DNA of 64,000 bases from Myxococcales bacterium. GTDB lineage: Bacteria > Myxococcota_A > Polyangia > Polyangiales > DASUME01. Both the position numbers and the translations under genes were made by a program. Location of the stretch: NCBI GenBank assembly GCA_047601445.1, contig JASGJH010000001.1:5376001-5440000 (forward strand), read 5' to 3'. The notes beneath the pieces were generated by a model. The model was not told where the DNA came from. It saw only the letters and a list, made by a program, of their open reading frames with translations, and did no database searches. Positions within the stretch are counted from its first letter, which is position 1, and every line of letters starts with the position of its first letter. Shown here one piece after another: positions 39,890 to 49,224 of the stretch.

Positions 39890-40075
39890 GCGGGTCGCGG
39901 TGCTCCCTTGGAGCACATGCCTTTCGCTTGACCTCGCCACACCCTTCCCATGATTCCTAACCCTAGGTAGCCCGGCTCCGTCTTGTCAACGGAAGCGCAG
40001 GGTGGTTGTGCGATCTCCAGCCCAAGCGGAGTGATTTCCAAGGTTTGACCCACTTGATTGGGGGTGCGCGAAGAC

Positions 40076-40999
40076 CTACGTCAGCCCCGCGACGATGCGC
40101 TCCGAGACCTCCCAAAGGCGGGCCGCCAAGGCAGGGTCCCGCGAAGCTCGGGTGGAGTCTGACACATTGCAGTCAGCGAAATACTCCCCCGAAACGCCGC
40201 TGAGCGACGGATGCGTGGCCACGTAGCACTGGGTGGCGGCCCCCTCGGGGATGGACTTGAGCACGATGGGTCCGGCCAGGTCCATCGTGATGCGCGCCAC
40301 CGCCGGCATGCTGCGCTGGAGTTCGCTACGAATCACCCCTGGGTGCACCGCGTTGGCCGTGCGGCCGGTGCCCGCCCAGCGGCGCGCGAGCTCCTTGGAG
40401 AACAGCAAATTGGCGAGCTTGGACTGACCGTAGGCACGCCAGGGCTGATAGCCACGGCTGCCGGAGAGGTTATCGAACTGAATCCCTTCGGGCTTGGGCG
40501 CCATGGTGTGGGCCGAGCTGCTGAGCATCACCACGCGGGCGCGGCTCGACAGGCAACCGAACAACCCGGTCACCAGCATGAAGTGACCGATGTGGTTGGT
40601 GAAGAACTGGAGCTCGATACCGTGGGCTTGCTCGAGCTTGGGCAGCGCCATGATGCCCGCGTTGCAGATGATGCCGTCGAGCTGCTCGCCGTTCTGGCTC
40701 ACGCTGCGGACACAGGCACGCACCGACTCGGGATCGGAGAGCTCACAGACCAGGGGCACCACCTCGGTCCCGAGCTTGTCCACGACCCGTCGGGCCTTCT
40801 CCAGGCTGCGCGCGGTGGCCAGCACGCGGGCGCCTCGCCGGGCCAGCACGCTCACGGTCTCGAAGCCGAGACCGGATGTGGTGCCGGTGACCAGGAACGT
40901 GCGCCCTTTGAGATCGATACCGTCTGTGACCTGGCTGGCCGTGGAGCCGTAGCCGAAGCCGCTCGGGCCATTGGCCTTCAGTCGTCCGAGAAGAGACAT
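40076..40999 (-). CDS. short-chain dehydrogenase/reductase (retinol dehydrogenase-like)
   Basis: VTGTTSGLG, CNAGIM, NHIGHF, YGQSK, HPG. Confidence 0.93.
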   Translation of the reverse strand: MSLLGRLKANGPSGFGYGSTASQVTDGIDLKGRTFLVTGTTSGLGFETVSVLARRGARVLATARSLEKARRVVDKLGTEVVPLVCELSDPESVRACVRSVSQNGEQLDGIICNAGIMALPKLEQAHGIELQFFTNHIGHFMLVTGLFGCLSSRARVVMLSSSAHTMAPKPEGIQFDNLSGSRGYQPWRAYGQSKLANLLFSKELARRWAGTGRTANAVHPGVIRSELQRSMPAVARITMDLAGPIVLKSIPEGAATQCYVATHPSLSGVSGEYFADCNVSDSTRASRDPALAARLWEVSERIVAGLT

Positions 41000-41011
41000 G
41001 CCGAAGTCATG

Positions 41012-41557
41012 TCACGCTTTCTTCTCCGACGCTTGTCGTGCGCGATCCATGCCCTCGATGATCAGGCGCTTGGCCTCGGCGGCGTCTCCCCAGCCCGCGA
41101 CCTTGACCCACTTGTTGCTCTCGAGATCCTTGTAATGCTCGAAGAAGTGCTCGATTTGTCGCAGCGTGATCTCGGGCAGATCGGTGTAGTTCTCGACCTT
41201 CTCGTAGCGACGCGTGAGGCGCGGCACCGGCACGGCGATGATCTTCTCGTCGCCTCCGGCCTCGTCTTGCATCTTGAGCACGCCCACGGGGCGCACCGCG
41301 ATGACGGCGCCAGGGATGATGCCGCGCTGGTTGGCGATCAAGACGTCGCAGGGATCGCCGTCGTCCGAGAGCGTGTGCGGGATGAAGCCATAGTTGCCGG
41401 GATAGCGCATGGCCGTGTAGAGGAACCGATCCACGACCAAGGTCCCCGCGGCCTTGTCCATCTCGTACTTGATGGGCTCACCGCCCACCGGAACTTCGAC
41501 CACCACGTTCACTTCATCGGGCGGGTTTCGGCCGATGGAAATCGCATCGAGACGCAC
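41012..41557 (-). CDS. ppa: inorganic pyrophosphatase
   Basis: [37 protein letters not shown]. Confidence 0.97.
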   Translation of the reverse strand: MRLDAISIGRNPPDEVNVVVEVPVGGEPIKYEMDKAAGTLVVDRFLYTAMRYPGNYGFIPHTLSDDGDPCDVLIANQRGIIPGAVIAVRPVGVLKMQDEAGGDEKIIAVPVPRLTRRYEKVENYTDLPEITLRQIEHFFEHYKDLESNKWVKVAGWGDAAEAKRLIIEGMDRARQASEKKA

Positions 41558-42089
41558 TGCAACTGCTCCTGTAAAAAGGCCTTAGGTCGTACCTTTCGAC
41601 GAGCACGGGAGCAAGCTGCGCGCGGTCTTATCGTGATCGTTGTCCACGGGCGCGCTGCTCCGACGCCGGCTCGGACGCACGGTGACGATCGCGTGACGTC
41701 GCACGAGGTCACGCGATCCATGGCTAGCTAGCCCGGGCTCTTCGCCACGCGCGCGGGTCAGTCGTCTTGTCGAGGGCACGCAGCGCGCAGCGGCTCGCCG
41801 GGTGAGCCGCGACGCCAGCTCCGGCTGTGGTGTGCAAGACGGGAGCAGCCCGAGGGGTCCTTGCGGCGTGTTTTGTCGCGCGCCCCGAGCTTGGCAATCA
41901 ACGCTTGGGCACGTTCGCGGGTGTGCGGCTTGCACTCCACGACCGTTGCCGGAAGGTGGGAGGGAGTAGCCGCAAAAGAGGCTACCCGCGAGCCGCCGTC
42001 TCACATCGAAACCAGAACGCGAGTGAGCAGCGACCCGATGCAACGGACATGCAGCCTGGATATGCAAGCCGATACGCAAGGGGGCTCCG

Positions 42090-43787
42090 ATGGACAACAT
42101 GTTGGACATTTCGAGGGAGGCATTTCCCAATCCCGCGCTGACGCGCCTGAGCTCCGTCTTGCACGAGAGCGAATCGGCGACCCAACGCGGCATAGACCGG
42201 GCCTTTCCGGCCTCGCTCACCGGTCTCGCCGAGCACGCCAAGCGCGGGCACAACGCGGAAGAGATGCTCGGTCATTTCCAGAAGGGCGACTATCCGCACC
42301 TCACGCCCGCGGAGATCACACCGCTCGTGCATGACCCCGTACAGACGGCGAAATGCGCCGCCTCGGGCGAAGGCTATCTGGCGCAGATCTTCGGGTCGAA
42401 GCTGGATCAAGTCGTGGACATGGTGGCCCATCAAGCGGGCGTGAGCCGTACCTCGGCCCATGTGATCCTGGGGCTCTCGGCGCCGCTCTTGCTCGATGCG
42501 CTGGAGAAAGAGAGCTCGATTCGACAGCTCGACGCGGAGGGCCTCTCGCGTTTCCTGAGCGACCAGGAGGAGCACGCCCATAGCCTGCTGCCCGGCATCG
42601 TCGACGGCGCGGCGAGCGCGGCGGCGGGCAAGCCCATGCGCATCCAGCCCGGCACCGACGTGGCAGAGAAGCCCCTGTTCGCGCAGGGACCGGGGGCGAT
42701 GGCGTACTCGAGCACGGCGGCGGCCGTGAGCGGTGGCATCCCGGTGGCGGGCTTGCACGTGCATGCGCGCGGGCAGACACCCACCCTGGACGAGGGCGTC
42801 GAGGAGAGCTTTCAAGAGCCCAGCAAGCTCACACGCGGCTTGTTGTGGCTGGTGGGAGCACTCGCGCTGATCGCGCTGATCAGCTGGGGCCTCATGCGGC
42901 TCGCGCCACGACCACAGGTACCGGCAGTCCCGCAGCTACCGGATAACGTCGGCACCAGCGAGCCCGCCCGGGACCGCGGAGCCTCGGTCGACACGAGCTT
43001 GCCGGGCGGTGTGGGCATGGCGATGCCGAGCCCGATGCCAGCGCCCAGCGAGGCAGCCAGCGAGGCGGCCATCAGTGCGTCGAAGCCTGCGGCGATGCCC
43101 GCTCCTCAAAACCGGCCACACACGCCCGCCATGCCCGCGACGCCCGCGCCCAACGTGACGGGGGGCGTGACCACGAGCGCCGAGACCGGCACGGGCCGTC
43201 AGCCGCGGCTGGCTGGCGATGAAGCCGTGCGCGCGCTGAAGAAGAACGAGCCGCTCGGTCCGCGCGCAGACGCCGTCTCTACAGTGTCGCCGCCCGACAG
43301 CGAAACCGGCGTGGCCTCACTCGGCGTGCTGGAGAAGGAAGCGACCCCGGCCATCGTCGATCCGCCCAAGCAAGTCGAGGGCATCGTCGAGACCCAGCGC
43401 ACCAACGTGTCGCAGGCCCGGAGCGCGCGGAAGCTGCCGGCGTACTTCGTGGGCGGCGCGCTGCCCCCGCAGCGCTTCATCGTCAAGGACCTCGAGTTCG
43501 CCGAGGGTTCGGCGGAGCTCCCGCACGATAACAAGACACTCGACCGCACGGCGCGAACCCTGCGCGAGCAGCCGGGTGCGAACGTGGTGATCGAGGGCTA
43601 CGCCGACGATCCCACGAGCGCCGAACACACCGCCGAGCTTTCCCTGGAGCGCGCCGAGTCGGTGAAGGACTACTTGGTGGAGCACGGCGTGCCCGAGCAT
43701 CAGCTGGAGGCAGTGGGCATGCGTGACGCCCGCCGCGACATGGGACTGCACGATCGACGCGTGGAACTCGTAGTGCTGACACGCTGA
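42090..43787 (+). CDS. OmpA family protein with N-terminal DUF937-like domain
   Basis: N-terminal helical domain, TM helix, Pro/Ala linker, C-terminal IEGYAD...LSLERAESVKDYL...RRVEL. Confidence 0.85.
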   Translation: MDNMLDISREAFPNPALTRLSSVLHESESATQRGIDRAFPASLTGLAEHAKRGHNAEEMLGHFQKGDYPHLTPAEITPLVHDPVQTAKCAASGEGYLAQIFGSKLDQVVDMVAHQAGVSRTSAHVILGLSAPLLLDALEKESSIRQLDAEGLSRFLSDQEEHAHSLLPGIVDGAASAAAGKPMRIQPGTDVAEKPLFAQGPGAMAYSSTAAAVSGGIPVAGLHVHARGQTPTLDEGVEESFQEPSKLTRGLLWLVGALALIALISWGLMRLAPRPQVPAVPQLPDNVGTSEPARDRGASVDTSLPGGVGMAMPSPMPAPSEAASEAAISASKPAAMPAPQNRPHTPAMPATPAPNVTGGVTTSAETGTGRQPRLAGDEAVRALKKNEPLGPRADAVSTVSPPDSETGVASLGVLEKEATPAIVDPPKQVEGIVETQRTNVSQARSARKLPAYFVGGALPPQRFIVKDLEFAEGSAELPHDNKTLDRTARTLREQPGANVVIEGYADDPTSAEHTAELSLERAESVKDYLVEHGVPEHQLEAVGMRDARRDMGLHDRRVELVVLTR

Positions 43788-43801
43788 AGCGGAGGAGAGA
43801 A

Positions 43802-44399
43802 CTACTCGAGAGTGTCGAGCAACTCCTGGGCATGCTGTTCCTGCAGGATCAGTGTGTCCCGGAGGCGCGCCAGCTCCTTCGCCTCGTCCACTGCATTGCG
43901 CGGAGTGACTTGCGTGTCGAGCAACTCTGCTAGCTCGCCGTGGAGCGCCATCACGGCGTAGAGAAAGCTCCGATTCGATCTGGGTTGGATCAATCGACTT
44001 CAAGTTGAGGACATGCTCTTGCCCGCGGGCCCGCACATGTTCGAACGCTGCCGACTCCTCGTGCGACTTCGTGCAGTTTCTTTCCAAGCTGTCGTGGACC
44101 GCCGTCAGCTCCGCGAGCGACCTGCGAGCCAGGTTGACGACCTCGGTGTGGCGTCCGAGCCGAGCTCCGATGAGCGCCGTCCGTTCTGCCACAGCTTCGG
44201 CCTCGAAGAGCAGGCCGGCAATTTCAGAGGGACGAGAAAGTGGACGGCGCAAAATGCCGTTCAATCGTGCCTCCCCTGCTTCTGCCGAGCTGAGTTCGGT
44301 GGAAAGTGATTCGGCTGGTGGGTCAGCACACGCTACCAACGACCAAGCCGCGACTGCGTACGCAAAGCGCCGCGCACAAAACTGCCTCAAATCCCCCAT
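43802..44399 (-). pseudogene. DUF4142-like (ferritin-fold) lipoprotein with a +1 frameshift near 43974
   Basis: Lipobox SLVA-C; removing one base joins ...LKSIDPTQI to DRSFLYAVMALHGELAELLD...HAQEL; family assignment tentative. Confidence 0.5.
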
Positions 44400-44595
44400 G
44401 AACCCAGGCAAACTGCAAACGACAAGCCACGCCGAAAATCAGCCCGCTACGAAAAGCCCGGCAAAATCTCCCTGAATCGCCGGCTGACTCGCGGCGGCGC
44501 GAACCGGGTAGCGGCGTTGTCCCAGTGTCTGGGATGTTTCCAAGACGTCTCTGGCAAGCAAGGAATTATCGAAGCTGTCGCTTCGTGCTCCTCAA

Positions 44596-45672
44596 ATGCC
44601 CGAAGATCTGGAATATCTCCAGGAAGAGGACCGCGTGAAGATTCTGCAGTTCCCTTCCAAGGCCCAGGCCCGCGCGCGCAGTCGCTCGCAAGAGCCCCCT
44701 CCAATCGACCTGAGCCTGCAAACCCGCGTCATTCATGGCTACAAGCGAGCCTTCATCCACGTGGGCAAGGGACCGGCCCTCCTGCTGATCCACGGCATCG
44801 GCGACAGCTCCGATACCTTCCGGGAGATCATCCCGTGGTTGGCCCGCGACTTCACCGTGGTGGCGCCCGACCTGCTCGGCCACGGCCGCTCCGACAAGCC
44901 GCGCGCGGACTACTCGGTCGCCGGCTACGCCAACGCCATGCGCGATTTGCTGAGCGTCATCGGCATCGATCGCGTGACGGTGGTGGGCCACTCGCTGGGC
45001 GGCGGCGTGGCCATGCAATTTGCCTATCAGTACCCGGAGCGCTGCGAGCGGCTGGTATTGGTGAGCTCGGGCGGCGTCTCCCAGGAGGTGCATCCTCTCT
45101 TGCGGCTGGGAACGGCGCCGGGTGCCAGCCTCGTGCTGCCTCTATTGACGTCGCGCCTGGTGAAGCTCGGGGGTAGCGGGCTCTTCCGCGTGCTCGAGGC
45201 GCTCGACACCGACGTGGGCCGCGACGCCGACGACTGGATGCGCGTGTTCGACGCGTTGCCCGATGCCACTTCGCGGCGAGCCTTTGTGCGCACGCTGCGC
45301 GCCGTGGTGGACTATCGCGGGCAGGTCATCACGATGCTCGACCGTTGCTACCTCACGCGCGGCATGCCGACGCTGTTGGTCTGGGGCGCGCGCGACGGCG
45401 TGATCCCCTTCGAGCACGCGCGCATCGCCCACGCCGCCATGCCCGGCAGTCGCCTCGAAGTGTTCAGCCAGGCCGGACACTTCCCGCACCACAGCGACCA
45501 GGCGCGCTTTCTCTCCGTGGTGCGCGACTTTGTCGCGAGCACCCAGCCCGCGAATTACGCCGCCGAGGAATGGCGCGAGCTGCTGCGGCGCGGACGGCCC
45601 CAGGGCCAGCAGACCCCCGGCGCTGAGCTCGCAGAACAGACCCTGGCCAGCAGCGTGGGCAGCGGAACGTAA
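44596..45672 (+). CDS. alpha/beta fold hydrolase
   Basis: LLIHG, PDLLGHGRS, GHSLGG, WG..D, AGHFPH. Confidence 0.93.
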   Translation: MPEDLEYLQEEDRVKILQFPSKAQARARSRSQEPPPIDLSLQTRVIHGYKRAFIHVGKGPALLLIHGIGDSSDTFREIIPWLARDFTVVAPDLLGHGRSDKPRADYSVAGYANAMRDLLSVIGIDRVTVVGHSLGGGVAMQFAYQYPERCERLVLVSSGGVSQEVHPLLRLGTAPGASLVLPLLTSRLVKLGGSGLFRVLEALDTDVGRDADDWMRVFDALPDATSRRAFVRTLRAVVDYRGQVITMLDRCYLTRGMPTLLVWGARDGVIPFEHARIAHAAMPGSRLEVFSQAGHFPHHSDQARFLSVVRDFVASTQPANYAAEEWRELLRRGRPQGQQTPGAELAEQTLASSVGSGT

Positions 45673-45797
45673 TTATCGGGAGGGCACGCGACTTCCCCGC
45701 CCGTCGCGGCAAAGCCGCGCTGGGACCCACCCCACCGCGGGGTTCGCTTTGCTCAGGGCGTCGGGGCCCACCCCATCGCGGGTTCGCTTCGCTCACG
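45671..45797 (+). repeat. dispersed structured repeat, copy A
   Basis: GGGAGGGCACGCG..TCCCC / GCCCGTCGCGGCAAAGCCGCG / CCCACCGCG.GGTTCGCT..GCTCA; shared with copies at 55753, 59057 and 59700. Confidence 0.75.
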
Positions 45798-45950
45798 GTA
45801 TGCCCGCCCACGATTAGGTACCTGAGGTCACAAAAGGGGGCCTGGCTGCCAACCGCCCGGGCCGCGCCGGGTACCGAAAAGGCGCTATCCTCCGGCCCGA
45901 TTTTCCTGGCGCGCGCCCCCGCGCGCTTCGAATGGCAGGAGACACCGCAC

Positions 45951-46583
45951 GTGACCAACGATCCTATCGAGTTTGTGAGCGAAGCCGTTCCGGGCCTGTT
46001 CAACGCCGGAGCCAAAGAGATGAAGGCCGCGGCGGATCAAGGCGACGCAGACGCCAAGCGTCGCGTCTCGGAGCTCCAGGCCACCACGCGCGCCGTGCGC
46101 GTAGCGCTGGAGGGCAAGGGCGGCGGCGACGTGTACCTGCTGATCAAGGGAGGCGAGATGACCTCCTCCAAGTCGGCGCCGAGCGAAGCGGTGACGCTGA
46201 CCATCGCGGCCCCCGCCGAAGCCCTCGAGATCGCGCTCGACGAGATGGGTGAGGAAATCGAGAAGGGCTTCAGCAAGGGCCCCAAGCGTCTGGCGCGTCT
46301 GTCGGCCAATCGGGTCACTGCCTTCATCGACCGGCTCGTGGGTGAGAAGCTCAAGCTTCACTACGTGGTCAAAGACACGCCCGACTTCGACGAAGTACGG
46401 GTGAAGATCGGCTTCGGCGCGGAGCTGGCGGAGAAACCCCTGTTCACGGTGGCCGTCGACTACGATACGCTCGAAGAGATCCGTGAGCGCAAGCTCAAGC
46501 CCCAGGCGTTGATGGGCCGGCTGCAAATCACGGGCGACGCGGCCCGCGCGATGCAACTGGGCATGGAGCTGATGCAGAGGTGA
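45951..46583 (+). CDS. SCP2 sterol-carrier-like protein
   Basis: C-terminal KLKPQALMGRLQITGD...AMQLG resembles the SCP2 motif; strong codon bias. Confidence 0.6.
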   Translation: MTNDPIEFVSEAVPGLFNAGAKEMKAAADQGDADAKRRVSELQATTRAVRVALEGKGGGDVYLLIKGGEMTSSKSAPSEAVTLTIAAPAEALEIALDEMGEEIEKGFSKGPKRLARLSANRVTAFIDRLVGEKLKLHYVVKDTPDFDEVRVKIGFGAELAEKPLFTVAVDYDTLEEIRERKLKPQALMGRLQITGDAARAMQLGMELMQR

Positions 46584-47719
46584 TTCGTTTGGCTGGTCAT
46601 CGTTCGAGTTGGGGCGGCCGCACCTTGGGCTCGCCCCTTCTGCTTTTGCTGACCAGCCTCACGGCTGCCTGCAGCGTCGACTTTGCGGGCGTGCAGCAGG
46701 ACCCAGGCAGCACGCTCGGCGACGGTGATGGAGATGGAGACGGCGACGGTGATGGAGACGGCGATGAGCCCGGCTCCGACGGCGATGGCCCGGTCCACCC
46801 TAACCCGGGCGATGGAGACGGCGATGGCGATGGGGACCAACCAACCCCGCCCGACCCAAAGAGCTGCGATGGCAAGGCCAGCGGCTCGGTCGAGATGCGC
46901 CAGCGCTACTCCCAGGCCGTGGTCGATGACTACCACAAGTGCAGCGCCGAGAATCAGACGCGCACTTGTAGCGATGGCACCTGGAGCGCGTGGACGGGGC
47001 AGGCCCAGGCCAGCACCTGCGCCGTAACAGCCCAAGGCGTGTGTCGCGCGGATATTCCTTGCAGTAGCGGCACCTGCACGCCGAGCGCGGCGAACCCTCT
47101 GATCTCGCGCTGCCTGCTCGAGAGCGGGGCGAGCTGCAACGGCAACGAAGAGTGCGTGGAGGCGTGCATCGACGGCAAGTGCGCCGAGCACGCAAGCGCC
47201 GGTGGAGCGTGCGACGAGTCCGACGACTGCGCGAACCTGGCTTGCGTGGGCGGCGGCTTCGGCAGCGCTAGCTGCGTGTCCGAGCTGTGTATCTGCCCCT
47301 CGGGCAGCTACTGCATGCAGAACGCCCAATGCGAGGGCACCTGCGTGAACAATCAATGCGCGGAGCTCAACACGGGCTGCGACTTCGGGGACCAGGCCGA
47401 CTGCGCCAGCAACGCCGTGTGCACCGCGGGCGACTGTCTCTTGAAGAATGGTGAGGCCTGCGCCGAGAACGACGCCTGCCAGCACACCTGCATCGGCGCG
47501 CTCTGCAGCGAGCTCTCGGGCTTCAATGGCGCCTGCGACGACGCCGCGGATTGCAAGTTCGGCTTCACCTGCGGGGGCCCGGCGCAGGCGCGCAAGTGCC
47601 TGAAGCCCGCGGGCACCAGCTGCACCACGGAGGCCGAGTGCGCGAGCGCGAGCTGTGCTTGCACCAGCTCGAGCGGGCCTGGACCTGGTTGTATGGGCTC
47701 CAAGGTCTGCGGCGGGTAA
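46580..47719 (+). CDS. Cys-rich lipoprotein with (GD)n linkers
   Basis: LTAA-C lipobox; two GD tracts; many G..C....C...C....C modules. Confidence 0.8.
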   Translation: MIRLAGHRSSWGGRTLGSPLLLLLTSLTAACSVDFAGVQQDPGSTLGDGDGDGDGDGDGDGDEPGSDGDGPVHPNPGDGDGDGDGDQPTPPDPKSCDGKASGSVEMRQRYSQAVVDDYHKCSAENQTRTCSDGTWSAWTGQAQASTCAVTAQGVCRADIPCSSGTCTPSAANPLISRCLLESGASCNGNEECVEACIDGKCAEHASAGGACDESDDCANLACVGGGFGSASCVSELCICPSGSYCMQNAQCEGTCVNNQCAELNTGCDFGDQADCASNAVCTAGDCLLKNGEACAENDACQHTCIGALCSELSGFNGACDDAADCKFGFTCGGPAQARKCLKPAGTSCTTEAECASASCACTSSSGPGPGCMGSKVCGG

Positions 47720-47761
47720 TGCTCGGGCGCGCCGTTCTCTGCTAAAGCACGCTCACCGAGA

Positions 47762-48292
47762 ATGCCCACTTCGTCCACGAAAACTCCCGCCCGGCGCCTG
47801 CCGGTGGTGCCTGCAGAGCGTGCCCCGGTCGGCTGCTTGACCTGCGCTCTGTGCTGCTCCTACATCGCCGTCGAGATCGACGGGCCGAGCAGCGTGAAGA
47901 GCGCCACCGAAATTCTGTGGCACCTCTACCATCATCAGGTCAGCGTCTACCGCGACACCGACGACGAGTGGGTGGTGCAGTTCGAGACGCGTTGCCGTCA
48001 TCTCTTGCCCGACAACAAGTGCGGCATCTACGAGACACGGCCGCACATTTGCCGGGAGTACTCGGAGCAGAGCTGTGAAGTTAACGCCGAGGACGAGGGC
48101 ACGACCTTCTACACGCCGGAGGCCTTCCTCACCTACCTGCAGGGTCGCAGCAAGCGCATCTACGCGGCGGTCGCCAAGGGCTTCATGCCCGGGCCCGAGC
48201 ACCTCGGCGCCGTGCGAAAGCTCCCGCCGGCCCCCAAACGGAGCTTCCAGCAGCGCGTGCACGAGCTGCGCGCACGCGGTCTCCCGAAGTAA
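47762..48292 (+). CDS. YkgJ family cysteine-cluster protein
   Basis: CxxCxxCC...C..L...CGIYETRP.ICR.Y. Confidence 0.88.
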   Translation: MPTSSTKTPARRLPVVPAERAPVGCLTCALCCSYIAVEIDGPSSVKSATEILWHLYHHQVSVYRDTDDEWVVQFETRCRHLLPDNKCGIYETRPHICREYSEQSCEVNAEDEGTTFYTPEAFLTYLQGRSKRIYAAVAKGFMPGPEHLGAVRKLPPAPKRSFQQRVHELRARGLPK

Positions 48293-48480
48293 GCACCAGC
48301 AATGGATGCGCTAGGTGCGTGCCTTCGACGCTCTTCGGCGCACGCTCGGTGGGCAAGGCGACCAAGCTGACCCGCTGGGGCATCCCTGCGCTTCCCGATA
48401 GACGTGTCCGTATCGCTCAGCGGATTAGCCGACGCGCTCGAGCGCCTGGATTTCGGCTGATTCGGACGTTCCACACTCGG

Positions 48481-48496
48481 GGGCACGGTTCTCGCA
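48481..48496 (+). promoter_or_regulatory. possible sigma-54 promoter
   Basis: GGGCACGGTTCTCGCA (GG-N10-GC) about 25 bp before the ferritin-like gene. Confidence 0.4.
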
Positions 48497-48521
48497 AAAG
48501 CTCTGAGCAGGAGAGCCGAGC

Positions 48522-49061
48522 ATGCCCACACAAACGTTCCGGATCGACCTAGAAAACATCAAGAAGCGCGCACGCGAGCACATGGCAGAGGGCGCCGTGA
48601 CCGAGTCTTACGGGGCCGACCGCCAGCAGGTGCTGAAGGTGCTCAATGAAGTCTTGGCCACGGAGATCGTGTGCACGTTGCGCTACCGCAACAACTACCT
48701 CGTCGCCCAAGGCATCCATGCGGAGTCGGTGGCCGCGGAGTTCAAGCAGCACGCCATGGAAGAGCAGGATCACGCCGACCGCGTGGCCGCTCGCATCGTG
48801 CAGCTCGGGGGGGAACCGGACATGAACCCGGCCAACCTGATGACGCGTTCTCACAGTGAATACAAGACGTCCCAGAGCTTGGTGGAGATGCTGCAGGAGA
48901 ATCTGGTGGCCGAGCGCGTGGCCGTTTCCACCTACTCGGAGATCGTGCGCTGGCTGGGCACGGGAGACACCACGTCGCGTCGACTCATGGAAGACCTGCT
49001 CGAGAAGGAAGAAGAGCACGCGGACGACTTGGCGAGTCTGTTGCACAGCCACTCCGACTGA
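48522..49061 (+). CDS. bacterioferritin/ferritin-like protein
   Basis: LATE..C.LRY, EEQDHAD..A.RI.QLGG.P, ENLVAER, EEEHADDL ferroxidase pattern. Confidence 0.9.
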   Translation: MPTQTFRIDLENIKKRAREHMAEGAVTESYGADRQQVLKVLNEVLATEIVCTLRYRNNYLVAQGIHAESVAAEFKQHAMEEQDHADRVAARIVQLGGEPDMNPANLMTRSHSEYKTSQSLVEMLQENLVAERVAVSTYSEIVRWLGTGDTTSRRLMEDLLEKEEEHADDLASLLHSHSD

Positions 49062-49224
49062 GCCTCGCTCGGCTCCTTGCCGCCCGTGCGTGCTTACTCC
49101 GCGCGGGACCCACACCGGAGCCCATTACTCCCATTGAGGAATTGCCGCAGGCGGGCGCACAATTGACCTCTTTTTGGGAGGAAGCGTCGTGGACGGTTCG
49201 TCCGCCTCCGCGCGGCAAGGTCGA

